A DNA stretch of 64,000 nt. Source: Myxococcota bacterium. Its GTDB lineage: Bacteria > Myxococcota_A > UBA796 > CAJQPC01. Below, piece after piece: positions 29,958 to 39,466 of the stretch. The stretch covers positions 32,001 to 96,000 of the forward strand of contig JAZAMN010000024.1 of NCBI GenBank assembly GCA_036229005.1. Reading direction: 5' to 3'. A program made the translations under genes and the position numbers. The notes below the pieces were generated by a model, which was not told where the DNA came from, did no database searches, and saw only the letters and a program-made list of their open reading frames with translations. Numbering within the stretch: the first letter of the stretch is position 1; every line of letters begins with the position of its first letter.

Positions 29958-31231
29958 TCCTGGCCTTCGTGGCCGCAGTGGCCGCACAACCCCAGCCGCT
30001 GGAGCTCCAGGAGCTGCTGGCCGGCGTCGACGCCCGCAACCCCGCGTACCGCAGCGCCATCGAGAAGCGCAGCGCCGCGGAGGGCAAGGCGCTGGCGGCC
30101 CGGGCGGTCAACACGCCCACCCTCTACGGGGACTGGAGCGACGGCACCGACGAGGACTACCAGTACGCCACCGCCGAGCTCATCCAGAGCACCGCGCTCG
30201 GGCCCCAGGTGGGGCTGATCTGGGACGCCGACTGGGGGACCACCCCCGGCGTCACGGTCGACGTCCCCCTGGCCGACGGCCTCATCTTCGGCAGCGAGCG
30301 CCTGGCCCTCATCCAGGCCGAGCTGGGGGTGGATGCCGCCGAGATCGACGTGGAGAAGACCGAGCTCGATCTGCGCCTCCAGGCCGCGAGCGCCTGGTAC
30401 AGTTGGGTGGCCGCCGGGCGCCGCCTGGAGATCGCCGACTCCCAGCTCGAGCTCGCCCAGGAGCGCCAGGACGCGCTGCAGATCGCGGTGAACGCGGGCT
30501 CCATCCCCGCCATCAACGTGCTGGACAACCGTCGCGCGCTGGTCGAGCGGCAGGCCGCGGTGGTCAAGGCCCGCGAGACCGTCGAGAAGGCCGCCGCCGC
30601 CCTCTCCCTGTACTACCGGGACGCCCAGGGCCGGCCCATCGTGGTGGGCACCGACCGCCTCCCGCAGACCCCCGCGATCAGCGCCCCCAGCCTGGACCTG
30701 GACGCCGATCAGCAGCTCGCCCGCGCCCGCCCCCAGGTCCGCAGCCTGCAGATCAGCCTGGAGTCCCAGCAGGCCGAGCTCGATCGCGCCCGCAACGGCA
30801 TGCTCCCCGAGCTCTCCGCCCAGGGCACCTGGCACCCCCAGGAGTGGTCCGCCGGCGTGGGGTTCAGCATGTCCCCCGCCTTCCGGGCCGAGCGCGGCAA
30901 GCTCAACGCCGCCCGGGCCCAGCTCGCCTCCCTGGAGGCCGACTTCCAGAACGCCCTGGACACCCTGGACGCCGCCTTGGTCCAGGCCCACATCGAGCTG
31001 CAGAGGCGGTGGGAAGCGGTCGAGTTGGCCCAGCAGGACGTGGAGATCACCGCCAGGGCTCTGGGCCTCGAGAACACCGCGTTCAACCTGGGCTCCAGCG
31101 AGGTCTTCAGATTGGTTCAGCGCGAGCAGCAGCTCGCGGCGGCCCAGAATGACCTCGTCGGCGCCACCCTGGACTACCAGTTGGCGGGGCTCAAGAGGCT
31201 CGCGTTGGTGGGCCACGCACCCCAGCCTTGA
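29954..31231 (+). CDS. TolC-family outer-membrane efflux protein
   Basis: GTGA coupling; two OEP-like helical repeats; operon context. Confidence 0.8.
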   Translation: MILAFVAAVAAQPQPLELQELLAGVDARNPAYRSAIEKRSAAEGKALAARAVNTPTLYGDWSDGTDEDYQYATAELIQSTALGPQVGLIWDADWGTTPGVTVDVPLADGLIFGSERLALIQAELGVDAAEIDVEKTELDLRLQAASAWYSWVAAGRRLEIADSQLELAQERQDALQIAVNAGSIPAINVLDNRRALVERQAAVVKARETVEKAAAALSLYYRDAQGRPIVVGTDRLPQTPAISAPSLDLDADQQLARARPQVRSLQISLESQQAELDRARNGMLPELSAQGTWHPQEWSAGVGFSMSPAFRAERGKLNAARAQLASLEADFQNALDTLDAALVQAHIELQRRWEAVELAQQDVEITARALGLENTAFNLGSSEVFRLVQREQQLAAAQNDLVGATLDYQLAGLKRLALVGHAPQP

Positions 31232-31307
31232 CCCGATGCTTGCGAGCCCCTGACCCAGCCCCGCTGAGCAGCGGCTATCGTCTCGCGACCACAGTGGAGT
31301 TCCCCCC

Positions 31308-31859
31308 ATGACCCTGATTCTGGCGCTGCTCGCGTGCTCCAACAGCGTCGTCACCCTCGGCGACTCCGGCACCGAGATCGTGGACGACACCAACGACCCG
31401 GACACCGGCGACACCAACGACACGGACACCGGTGACACCAACGACACCGGCGAGGAGCCCGAGCCGGACCACGCCGCCAGGGGCACCTACAAGGGCGTCT
31501 TGGGCTGGTACACGGAGGGCTGGGACATCTGCTCGATGGACGCCTCCATCCGGGTCAACAAGGTCGGCGGCCTCAAGTTCGACGACGTCTGCCCCTACAC
31601 CACCCAGTCCGGGCAGCTTGTAGAGCTGGCCGTCAGCATCGAAGGCAGCGTCGACGAGGACAGCGGCGAGTTCGTCGACGCCGTCATCACCTGGCAGAGC
31701 TGGGAGGTGGGCTGGAACGGCTGGGAGGTCAGCGAGTTCCAGGCCCCCCTGTACGGCGTGGTCGAGAACAACGAGATCCTGTTCGCCGAGTTCACCGAGC
31801 GGGCCAACTTCGGTAGCTGGGAGGGCGACATGATCGGCTACATCGAGGCCTCTCAGTAG
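31308..31859 (+). CDS. Acidic lipoprotein with DTG/DTN repeat linker
   Basis: LLAC lipobox; DTNDPDTGDTNDTDTGDTNDTG encoded by 24-bp repeats. Confidence 0.65.
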   Translation: MTLILALLACSNSVVTLGDSGTEIVDDTNDPDTGDTNDTDTGDTNDTGEEPEPDHAARGTYKGVLGWYTEGWDICSMDASIRVNKVGGLKFDDVCPYTTQSGQLVELAVSIEGSVDEDSGEFVDAVITWQSWEVGWNGWEVSEFQAPLYGVVENNEILFAEFTERANFGSWEGDMIGYIEASQ

Positions 31860-31863
31860 GCGC

Positions 31864-32976
31864 TCAGCGCTGGCGGCGGGCTCTCCAGAACTCGGAGATG
31901 CCCCGCTCCCGGTGCACCGTCTCGCCCATCATCGGCGCCAGGATGTGCAGATCCTCCTGGTCGGCGATGTCCATGATGCGGCGGATCGGCTCGTCCCAGG
32001 CGTGCAGCGCCAGGTTGAAGGTGCCCCAGTGCACGGGCATCAGCGTCTTGCCGCGCACCTGCCGGTGTACCGCAACCGCGTTGTCCGGGCCCAGGTGGAT
32101 GTTGCCCCAGCGGGCGTTCCACGCGCCGGACTCGATCATCGTGAGGTCAAAGCCTCCGAAGCGGCGGCCGATCTCTTCGAAGCCCTCCGCGTAGGGCCCC
32201 GTGTCGCCGGAGAACCACACCGAGTGGCGCGGCCCGACGATCGCCCAGGACGCCCAGAAGGTCGCCGTCGACGCCCCCGGTCCGCGGCCCGAGAAGTGTC
32301 GGGAGGGCGTGGCCGTGATCTGGATGCCCTTGACCTCGGTCTCCTGCCACCAGCCCAGCTCTGTGATCCGGGAGGAGGGGATCCCCCAGGCCTCCAGATG
32401 TGCGCCCACCCCCAGGGCCGTGATGAAGCGCGTGCCGCGCCCGGCCAGCTTGGTGATCGTGGGGTAGTCGAGGTGATCGTAGTGGTCGTGGGAGATGATC
32501 ACGGCGTCCAGCGGCGGCAGCTTCTCCACCGGGACCGGCGCGGGGTGGAAGCGCTTGGGGCCCATCCAGGACACCGGCGCGGCGCGCGGACCGAACACTG
32601 GGTCGGTGAGGATCAGCGCCCCGTCGATCTCGATGAGCTGCGCGCTGTGGCCCAGCCAGGTGATGCGCAGGTCCTCGCCCTGACCGGGGACCAGGCTGCC
32701 CGTCTCCGGAGTCAGGATGGGGAAGTCCACCAGCGGCTCGCGCTCGACCTTGTCGGCCACGTACTCCCAGAGCAAGCCGCCGGGATCCTTGATCATCTGG
32801 GGGGTCTCCACCGGGTTGGAGAAGCGCTTGCCGTCAAAGTGCGGGGAGTCCTGCAGCCGCTCCAGCCGCGCCCCGGCCACCTTGCCCCCCAGCGCAGCGA
32901 GCCCCGCGCTGGCCCCGCAGGACTTCACCCCGGTGGCTTGGGCGAGGGGGTCGGGGAGGGTGGTGTCGCTGGACAT
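31864..32976 (-). CDS. MBL-fold metallohydrolase (RomA/NAPE-PLD-like)
   Basis: TWLGHS, SHDHYDHLD, SGDTG and PVHWGTF motifs. Confidence 0.88.
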   Translation of the reverse strand: MSSDTTLPDPLAQATGVKSCGASAGLAALGGKVAGARLERLQDSPHFDGKRFSNPVETPQMIKDPGGLLWEYVADKVEREPLVDFPILTPETGSLVPGQGEDLRITWLGHSAQLIEIDGALILTDPVFGPRAAPVSWMGPKRFHPAPVPVEKLPPLDAVIISHDHYDHLDYPTITKLAGRGTRFITALGVGAHLEAWGIPSSRITELGWWQETEVKGIQITATPSRHFSGRGPGASTATFWASWAIVGPRHSVWFSGDTGPYAEGFEEIGRRFGGFDLTMIESGAWNARWGNIHLGPDNAVAVHRQVRGKTLMPVHWGTFNLALHAWDEPIRRIMDIADQEDLHILAPMMGETVHRERGISEFWRARRQR

Positions 32977-33041
32977 GGGGGGCTCCGGTGGTGGCGTGGG
33001 GGAGAGGATGTCCACGGATTCGGCGGCGTCCAGGCGGGGCT

Positions 33042-33731
33042 TCAGTTTGGGGCCTCCGAGAGTTCAAGCAGGCGTGCTCTCAGGATCTGCGCCCGCCCCG
33101 GGCTGGACGCATTCCCTGCCAGGATGTCCCTTGCATCTGGCCGGGCCAGCAGCTCCTTTGCCCACTCCCGGAGGTGTTGGGCAACGGCTTCGGGGGCGGC
33201 TGCGACCTGGTGGGCAAAGGACGGTAGCCCGTCCACCAGCGCGAGGAGGTCCTCGAGATCGGGCGCCCCGTACCAGTCCAGCGCTCCATCCAGACCCCCC
33301 CGATTCCGGAAGGCGTCGATCTTGGCTGCCGCAAAGTAGACCGGAGACAGCATTGCGATCTGGCGCCCCGTTGGCAGCTCGACCCGGGCCGGGTTGCTGC
33401 TCCCTGGCTGAAACCAGCGATTGTCGGTGCCCACGCCGTGGTCTGGACACGGCATCAGGTCTACCGGAACGTCCTCGCGCCAAAGGCGACACATCGGACT
33501 CTCCTCGGACAGCCTGTCTTCGTACCCGAGCCGTCGGAGCCCCGCCTGCAGGCCCTGGTATTCGGAAAGGTCTCCGACCAGCACAATCACGTCAACGTCT
33601 TTCGTCTGCCGGAGGACGCCGCGGACTGCAGAGTCCGTGACCAGCAGCGGGAGCGTGCTGGCTCCCGTGAAGACTCCGCGGAAGCCCAGCCGCTCCAGGT
33701 CAGCTGCCACTGCATCAATGAAGGCCAACAT
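33042..33731 (-). CDS. Nucleotidyltransferase, AbiEii-like type IV toxin
   Basis: FTGAS...RQTKDVDVIV, VDLMP, AAKIDAF..RG and DLEDL motifs; TGATG coupling to the upstream gene. Confidence 0.7.
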   Translation of the reverse strand: MLAFIDAVAADLERLGFRGVFTGASTLPLLVTDSAVRGVLRQTKDVDVIVLVGDLSEYQGLQAGLRRLGYEDRLSEESPMCRLWREDVPVDLMPCPDHGVGTDNRWFQPGSSNPARVELPTGRQIAMLSPVYFAAAKIDAFRNRGGLDGALDWYGAPDLEDLLALVDGLPSFAHQVAAAPEAVAQHLREWAKELLARPDARDILAGNASSPGRAQILRARLLELSEAPN

Positions 33732-34285
33732 CAGCCCGCGTACCCCCACTCCCTCAAGATGGACATCGCCTCTCGCTTGTCCCGGGCACGACCTATTCGC
33801 AGCGTGTCGACCAGCGCAAGGAGTTCGTGAAGGCGGCCGTTGTACCTGGGATCACCAGGGACACAGCTTCCCTTGCGCAGGACGCAAGGATGGAGGGGCG
33901 CGAGCGCCGCGCCGAGCTGCTCCCCGGAGGGGTGAGGCCAGACCATCGTGACCTCACTCTGGAGGACCTCTCGCAGGGGCGAGGTGGACCAGGCGGTCGG
34001 GACTCCCCGATGAGGGCCGGGACCCGGGCCGGACTCCGCGTACAACCAGCGAGGGACGGCGTGTAGCAGCAGCTCCCCCAGGGCCTTGGCCGGGACCCAG
34101 AGTGGCTCTCCGGCTGCGCTGTGTACGAGCCCGGCTGACCGCAGCCTGTCGACGCTGGCGTGTCCCTGTGAAGCGCTGAGGCCGGTGTGGCCTGCCAAGC
34201 CTGCGTAGGTCCAGACCGGACTCGGCTGCTGGAGCGTATAGGTTCGGAGCTGGAGGAGAACGACGACGTCTTGGGGGCGGAGCAT
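33731..34285 (-). CDS. HTH antitoxin-like protein (AbiEi-like partner)
   Basis: LRPQDVVVLLQL, HTH TYAGLA..GLSAS, RGVPTAWS, LLALVDTLRIGRAR. Confidence 0.65.
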   Translation of the reverse strand: MLRPQDVVVLLQLRTYTLQQPSPVWTYAGLAGHTGLSASQGHASVDRLRSAGLVHSAAGEPLWVPAKALGELLLHAVPRWLYAESGPGPGPHRGVPTAWSTSPLREVLQSEVTMVWPHPSGEQLGAALAPLHPCVLRKGSCVPGDPRYNGRLHELLALVDTLRIGRARDKREAMSILREWGYAG

Positions 34286-34288
34286 GAA

Positions 34289-34318
34289 GGCATTCTATAT
34301 TCCAGAATAAAGAATGCC
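34289..34318. promoter_or_regulatory. 30-bp palindromic operator overlapping the -10 box of the TA operon
   Basis: GGCATTCT-A-TATTC-CA-GAATA-A-AGAATGCC; minus-strand TAGAAT lies 6 nt before the ATG. Confidence 0.75.
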
Positions 34319-34342
34319 CAACAAATCAGCGAACCCTGACCC

Positions 34343-35359
34343 TCAAACCTCCACCCGATCAAAGTTGCAGTTCAACAAGTTGCAGCTCCGCTCACAGCGG
34401 CTCACCTCCCAGCGCCGCCGCAGCGTCTCCGGCGCGTCCCAGATGGCCGCCAGGGGCGCCATGTCGAACACGGTGGCCACGGGCTCCAGGAAGTAGCAGA
34501 GCCGGATGTTGCCCTGGGGGTCGAAGCTCAGGTCGCTGTGGCCGGCCTTGCAGGTCAGGCCGTTGAAGGTCACCGGGTCCCGGAAGTAGGCCTTCATGGC
34601 GGCGAGCTGGCCCACGGCGTTGCACACGGGGCCGCCCTGGCGGCGCTCGGCGATCAGCAGGTCCAGGGCGGCGTCGATGGCCTCCAGGTCGTGGGGCCAC
34701 AGGGGCGACTCGCGGAACCAGTGGGGGTCGTACTCCACGTCGCCGAAGTTCTGGTAGAGGGGCTGGAGGACGAGCTGGTAGCCCCGCTCGCGGACAAAGC
34801 GCAGCAGCGCGGGGATCTCGGGCGCGTTGTCCCGCGTCAGGATGCAGGTGACGACCACCCGGGGGCTGGGGTGGGCGTCCAGCAGGTCAAAGCACGCCAT
34901 GCACTTGTCGAAAGACCCAGCCCGACCTCGGCTGCGGTCCACGGTCTCAGGTGTGATGCCGTCCATGCTGACGTAGGCGGTGGACACCCCAGCTTCCGAG
35001 AGCTGCGCAGCCCGCTTCTCCGTCATCAGCCAGGCGTTGGTGTTGAAGGTGACCTCGTTGCCGAGCTGCACCGCCCGGGCCATGAGCTGCTCCAGGTCCT
35101 TGCGCAGCAGGGGCTCGCCGCCCACAAAGTTGATGGCCGCGGGGCCGACCCACTGGGCCAGACGGTCCAGGGTGTCCAGCCAGACCTGGGTGGGCAGGTC
35201 CACCGTGTCGTTCTTCCAGATGTCGCAGTGCAGGCAGGGCAGGAAGCAGCGGTCGGTGACCGAGAGGTGGATCTGCGTGGGCTTGCCGGGGGCGCGGCGC
35301 AGACGGAGCTGGTCCAGGGCCTTGTTGAAGACCTTGGTGCCGCCCAGTCGCAGGCTCAC
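34343..35359 (-). CDS. Radical SAM/SPASM protein A
   Basis: CFLPCLHC and GGEP motifs; C-terminal CKAG...C...CERSC..C. Confidence 0.88.
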   Translation of the reverse strand: MSLRLGGTKVFNKALDQLRLRRAPGKPTQIHLSVTDRCFLPCLHCDIWKNDTVDLPTQVWLDTLDRLAQWVGPAAINFVGGEPLLRKDLEQLMARAVQLGNEVTFNTNAWLMTEKRAAQLSEAGVSTAYVSMDGITPETVDRSRGRAGSFDKCMACFDLLDAHPSPRVVVTCILTRDNAPEIPALLRFVRERGYQLVLQPLYQNFGDVEYDPHWFRESPLWPHDLEAIDAALDLLIAERRQGGPVCNAVGQLAAMKAYFRDPVTFNGLTCKAGHSDLSFDPQGNIRLCYFLEPVATVFDMAPLAAIWDAPETLRRRWEVSRCERSCNLLNCNFDRVEV

Positions 35360-36447
35360 CGTCCCGCCTTGTGGGCGTCGATCTCCACCGCGCTGATGTC
35401 AGCGTGGTTCGAGGAGCGGGGGATGAAGCAGGACGCGCACAGAGGCATGCCCTGGTAGTCCCCCTGGGCGACTTTCTCGCGCCGGGCGTCCAGCGCGCCG
35501 CCCCACCAGAGCTGCGAGAAGGGGGTGTCCGACAGGTTGCCCACCGCGTTCTCCAGCAGGTTGTCGCGGGTGCACACGGTCAGGCGGCCGTCCCAGGCGA
35601 CCACCGGGCTCTTCCAGTAGCCGCTGCAGGGCGCCAGGTTCTGGGCCTTGAGCTGGGTGGGGGCGCGGTCTTCGCGGGGGAGCGCCAGGCGCTGTTCGGC
35701 CATGGCCCGCCGGAACACCGCGTTCTCCTGGGCCTGCAGCTCGGCGGTGGGGCAGTCGAGCTGGCGGAAGTACACGATGGCGTCATCACCCGGGGGCACG
35801 TGCTGGGCAGCGGTGCGAACGGGCAGGCCCAGGCGGCGGCACTCGCCTTCCCAGAACTGGCGGAAGGCGCCGACCTCGTGGACGTTGTTGGAGCCCACGA
35901 TGAACTGGAACACCGGGCGCGGCCACGGCGCCTGCAGGCGGGCCTTCTCGGCCAGGAAGGCGCGCAGGTTGGCCTGGACCTTGTCAAAGCGGTCGCGGCC
36001 CTTGACCGGCGTGTAGGTCTGCTGGCTGATGGCATCCAGGGAGAAGTGCCAGACCTGGGGGACGGGGCTGCGGTTGAGGCTGCCGGCGATGCGCGCGGCG
36101 TCCAGGTGGGTGGCGTTGCTGTGGACCTCGATCTTGTCGAAGATCCCGTGGCGCTGGGCCGCGCGCAGGGCCCCCCGGTAGATCGCGCCAAAGTGTGGGT
36201 GCAGCAGCGGCTCGCCCAGCCAGAACAGGATCAGCGTCGTAAAGCGCGCGCCCACCGCCGCCAGGTCGTCGAAGAGGTCCAGGGCGAGCTGGGGATCCAG
36301 GCGCCCGAGCTGCGCGTGGTGGGGGTGCGCCGGACCTTCGGCCACCGAGCAGTGCACGCAGGCCAGCGAGCAGCGGTTGGTGAGCTCCAGGACCAGGTAG
36401 GAGCCCGGCAGGTGGACGGGCCGCGCCGATGCCGGCTTGTCGTTCAC
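35356..36447 (-). CDS. Radical SAM/SPASM(twitch) protein B
   Basis: CSLACVHC, WLGEPLLHP and CSGYW...DGRLTVC...CASC motifs; GTGA-coupled start at 36447. Confidence 0.88.
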   Translation of the reverse strand: MNDKPASARPVHLPGSYLVLELTNRCSLACVHCSVAEGPAHPHHAQLGRLDPQLALDLFDDLAAVGARFTTLILFWLGEPLLHPHFGAIYRGALRAAQRHGIFDKIEVHSNATHLDAARIAGSLNRSPVPQVWHFSLDAISQQTYTPVKGRDRFDKVQANLRAFLAEKARLQAPWPRPVFQFIVGSNNVHEVGAFRQFWEGECRRLGLPVRTAAQHVPPGDDAIVYFRQLDCPTAELQAQENAVFRRAMAEQRLALPREDRAPTQLKAQNLAPCSGYWKSPVVAWDGRLTVCTRDNLLENAVGNLSDTPFSQLWWGGALDARREKVAQGDYQGMPLCASCFIPRSSNHADISAVEIDAHKAGR

Positions 36448-36872
36448 GGCGCCGCGCAGGCCATGTCGATGCAGGCGCGGGTGGTCTTGCCCGCCTGCAC
36501 CGCCAGATCGAACTCCGTCGCGCACAGATAGGACGACTGGTAGGTGCTGATCTTGATGCGCCAGTTTCCGGCGCCCAGGCGCTCGGTGAAGTTGCCGTCC
36601 GCGTCGCTGCGCCCGCGCTGGGCGGTGCCGCCCACGTCCCGGTTCTCGATCAGGTAGTCCACAAAGCCCACGTACTGCGGGTCGTTGTAGTCCACGACCA
36701 CGTCCGTCATCAGGCGGCCCAGCACCAGCCCAGAGGACGCGTCGCCGTCGCCCTCTTCGACCTGGATGGTGTCGAACTCCGCCGCCGTGGTGCAGGACTC
36801 CTGGATCTCCAGGCCCGTGTCCACGGAGGTGGTGTCGTCGGTGGTGCAGGCGAGAAGGAGCATCCAGAGCAT
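36444..36872 (-). CDS. Small lipoprotein with carboxypeptidase-regulatory-like beta-sandwich
   Basis: MLWMLLLAC; SDADGNFTERLGAGNWRI. Confidence 0.6.
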   Translation of the reverse strand: MLWMLLLACTTDDTTSVDTGLEIQESCTTAAEFDTIQVEEGDGDASSGLVLGRLMTDVVVDYNDPQYVGFVDYLIENRDVGGTAQRGRSDADGNFTERLGAGNWRIKISTYQSSYLCATEFDLAVQAGKTTRACIDMACAAP

Positions 36873-36912
36873 GGGGGGATTCTACCCCAGGGGCGCGTGC
36901 TACCGTCCACCC

Positions 36913-37974
36913 ATGTCCGCGCCCGCCGCCATCGCCGCCCGGATCCGGCAGTGGGAGGCCCAGGGCCCCCAGGGCCCCATGACCCTGGAGCTCTACCCCA
37001 CGCTCAAGTGCAACCTGGACTGCCGCTTCTGCGACACCACGGAGCGCCACCAGCCCCGCCAGCGCGAGCTGCCCCTGTCCAAGCACCTGGAGCTGCTGGA
37101 CCAGGCCGCCGAGATGGGGGTGCAGCGCGTGTTCATCCTGGGCGGCGGCGAGCCCCTGGTCGCCCGGGACCTGACCCCCGCCATCATGCGCCGGGTCAAG
37201 GAGCTCGGCATGGAGGGCGTGCTCACCACCAACGGCACCATCCTCCCCGACAGCCTGCTGCGCCAGCTCATCGAGACCGGCTGGGACGAGATCCACGTCT
37301 CCATCGACGGGGCCACCGCCGCGGTCCACGACGACCTGCGGGGCACTCCGGGGGCCTTCCGCAAGACCGTCCGCAACCTCTGCCGTCTGCGCGTCGCCCG
37401 CGAGCAGGCCGGCCAGCACACCCCGCGCCTGGCCATCCACAGCGTGCTCACCAACCTCAACTACCGGCAGCTCCCGGAGCTCGTGCGTCTGGCCGCCGCC
37501 CTGGGCTGCTTCCGCCTGGATGTGGACGGCCTGATCGCCTACCGCCCCGAGCAGAAGGTCCTGGAGCTCAGCGCCCAGCAGCAGCAGGAGCTGACGGGGA
37601 TCGCCGCGCAGGCCCACGCCTTGGCCCAACGCCTGGACATCGCGTCCACCCTGGATCTCTACACCCGCGTCCACCAGCGAGGTCAGGCTGTCCCAGACCT
37701 CCCCCAGAGCTCGGGGACCGGCCTTGAGCACGCCCCCTGCCTCAAGGCCTGGCACTACCTGGTGGTCCAGGCCGATGGGCGCACCAGCCCCTGCTGCGTG
37801 CTCGCCGGAGAAGGGGAGAGCGTGGCCGACACCAGCCTGTCCTCGCTGTGGGAGCAGAGCCCCTTCCTCAATGCCGTGCGCCAAGGCATGCTCAAGGGTG
37901 AGCCCCTGGCCCGCTGCGCGGAGTGCTCGCCCAACATCCTCGCCCACGAACGCGAGATCCGCGCGGCGCTGTGA
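36913..37974 (+). CDS. Radical SAM/SPASM protein C
   Basis: CNLDCRFC, GGGEPL, TTNG and CLKAW...DG..SPCC...CAEC motifs. Confidence 0.88.
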   Translation: MSAPAAIAARIRQWEAQGPQGPMTLELYPTLKCNLDCRFCDTTERHQPRQRELPLSKHLELLDQAAEMGVQRVFILGGGEPLVARDLTPAIMRRVKELGMEGVLTTNGTILPDSLLRQLIETGWDEIHVSIDGATAAVHDDLRGTPGAFRKTVRNLCRLRVAREQAGQHTPRLAIHSVLTNLNYRQLPELVRLAAALGCFRLDVDGLIAYRPEQKVLELSAQQQQELTGIAAQAHALAQRLDIASTLDLYTRVHQRGQAVPDLPQSSGTGLEHAPCLKAWHYLVVQADGRTSPCCVLAGEGESVADTSLSSLWEQSPFLNAVRQGMLKGEPLARCAECSPNILAHEREIRAAL

Positions 37975-38005
37975 GCCCCAGCCCCTCCTCTCCCCCCTGG
38001 ACCCC

Positions 38006-38773
38006 ATGATCAACGTCAACCTGGAGCTCACGGACCACTGCAACCTGCGCTGCGGGATGTGCAGCCAGTCCCTGCGGGACGAAGCCCACGGCGCCCCCCA
38101 CCGCTTCATGGCCTGGGAGACCTGGGTGGCCCTGCTGGAGGGCCTGGCCGGGATGGAGGAGCCGGTGCACCTGTGCCCGCACTGGCTGGGGGAGCCGACC
38201 CTGCACCCCCGCTTCGAGGAGTTCGTGGAGTACGCCTTCGCGGTCAACACCGGCGGGCGGCTCTTCGCGGAGTTCAAGCTCCACACCAACGCGGTGATCT
38301 TCGACCGGGCGCGCTCGCTGCGGCTGCTGCGGCTGGCCAACGCGCCCCACGTGCCCCAGGGCTGCTTCCGCTCCATCCACTTCTCGGTGGACGCCTTCTC
38401 GGCCCAGTCCTACCTGGCGGTCAAGGGCGCGGACAAGCGGGCGCGGGTCTACCGGAACGTCGAGGCCTTCTTGCGCCAGCGGGCGGAGCTGGGGCTGCGC
38501 TACCCCAAGGCGCACATCGCGTTCGTGGTGCAGGAGGGCAACGCCCACGAGGCCCGGGAGTACCTGGCCCACTGGGGGGGGCTGTTGGAGCAGCTCGGCG
38601 CGGACTACGATGTGGGCTGGGACTGGCCCAACCCGGAGCGTGACGCCATCTACTTCCGACCGTTGAACTCCGGGGATCAGGACGCGGCCGACCGGCTGCA
38701 CGCCCGGGTGTGCAGGGAGCTGGGGCTGGTCGACGGGGACAGCGAGCGGCTGCGGGCCGCGGGGAGCTTCTGA
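38006..38773 (+). CDS. Radical SAM protein D (no SPASM domain)
   Basis: CNLRCGMC and WLGEPTLHP motifs; ends without a Cys-rich tail. Confidence 0.85.
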   Translation: MINVNLELTDHCNLRCGMCSQSLRDEAHGAPHRFMAWETWVALLEGLAGMEEPVHLCPHWLGEPTLHPRFEEFVEYAFAVNTGGRLFAEFKLHTNAVIFDRARSLRLLRLANAPHVPQGCFRSIHFSVDAFSAQSYLAVKGADKRARVYRNVEAFLRQRAELGLRYPKAHIAFVVQEGNAHEAREYLAHWGGLLEQLGADYDVGWDWPNPERDAIYFRPLNSGDQDAADRLHARVCRELGLVDGDSERLRAAGSF

Positions 38774-39453
38774 TGGGGCTGTGGATCTGGCTTGTGGGCT
38801 GCGCGCCCGGGACCGTGGAGACCGCCTACGGCAGCGACGAGCTGCACACCGCCTGGTACGTCGTTGTGCCCGGGGACTCCGACTACGACCAGGCGCTGCT
38901 GCTGCTGTCCAACTCGCAGATCGGCTGCGATGCCTCGTCGCTGGACTTCACGCCCGATGTGTTCGGCGGGGACACGGGCTGGGACACCGGGGGCTCGGAC
39001 AGCGGGCTGCTCTCCGACCGCCTGAACGTCTCCGAGCAGCTCAGCATCGCGCTGAACCGGGAGAACAGCCGCATCGTGCTGCTGGAGCTGGTGCGCTTCG
39101 GGCAGGAGGGCTGGAAGGGCTACTACCCCCTCAGCGGGGCCCAGAGCGGCGAGGTGCTGGACCTGGCCAACCCGCGCGTGGCGCACGCCGACTACTACGG
39201 CGTGAATGAGGCCATCGCGGTGCTCGATGACGGCCTGCTGCGGGAGTACCAGGTCACGGACTTTGACGTGGCGCGGAACATCGACGCGCCGGGCTCGGTG
39301 GAGATCACCGGGACCCGAGGCGCCACCCTGCGCGGGCGCTTCAACCTGGATCCGGTGGACGTCTCCGGGCGCTTCCGGGCCAAGCAGTGCTCCGTTGAAT
39401 ATTCGGACAGCGTCATGGCGTATCTGCAGAGCCTGCTCTCGCTGAACCTCTGA
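38773..39453 (+). CDS. Hypothetical lipoprotein
   Basis: MGLWIWLVGC; TGATG coupling. Confidence 0.6.
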   Translation: MGLWIWLVGCAPGTVETAYGSDELHTAWYVVVPGDSDYDQALLLLSNSQIGCDASSLDFTPDVFGGDTGWDTGGSDSGLLSDRLNVSEQLSIALNRENSRIVLLELVRFGQEGWKGYYPLSGAQSGEVLDLANPRVAHADYYGVNEAIAVLDDGLLREYQVTDFDVARNIDAPGSVEITGTRGATLRGRFNLDPVDVSGRFRAKQCSVEYSDSVMAYLQSLLSLNL

Positions 39454-39466
39454 TCTGGAGTCCCTC

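Noticed and set aside
35356..38376. 1006-aa minus-strand ORF as one giant radical SAM protein
   Set aside because: Only 35356-36447 is rSAM-like; the rest overlaps a lipoprotein gene in another frame and lies antisense to two real plus-strand rSAM genes.
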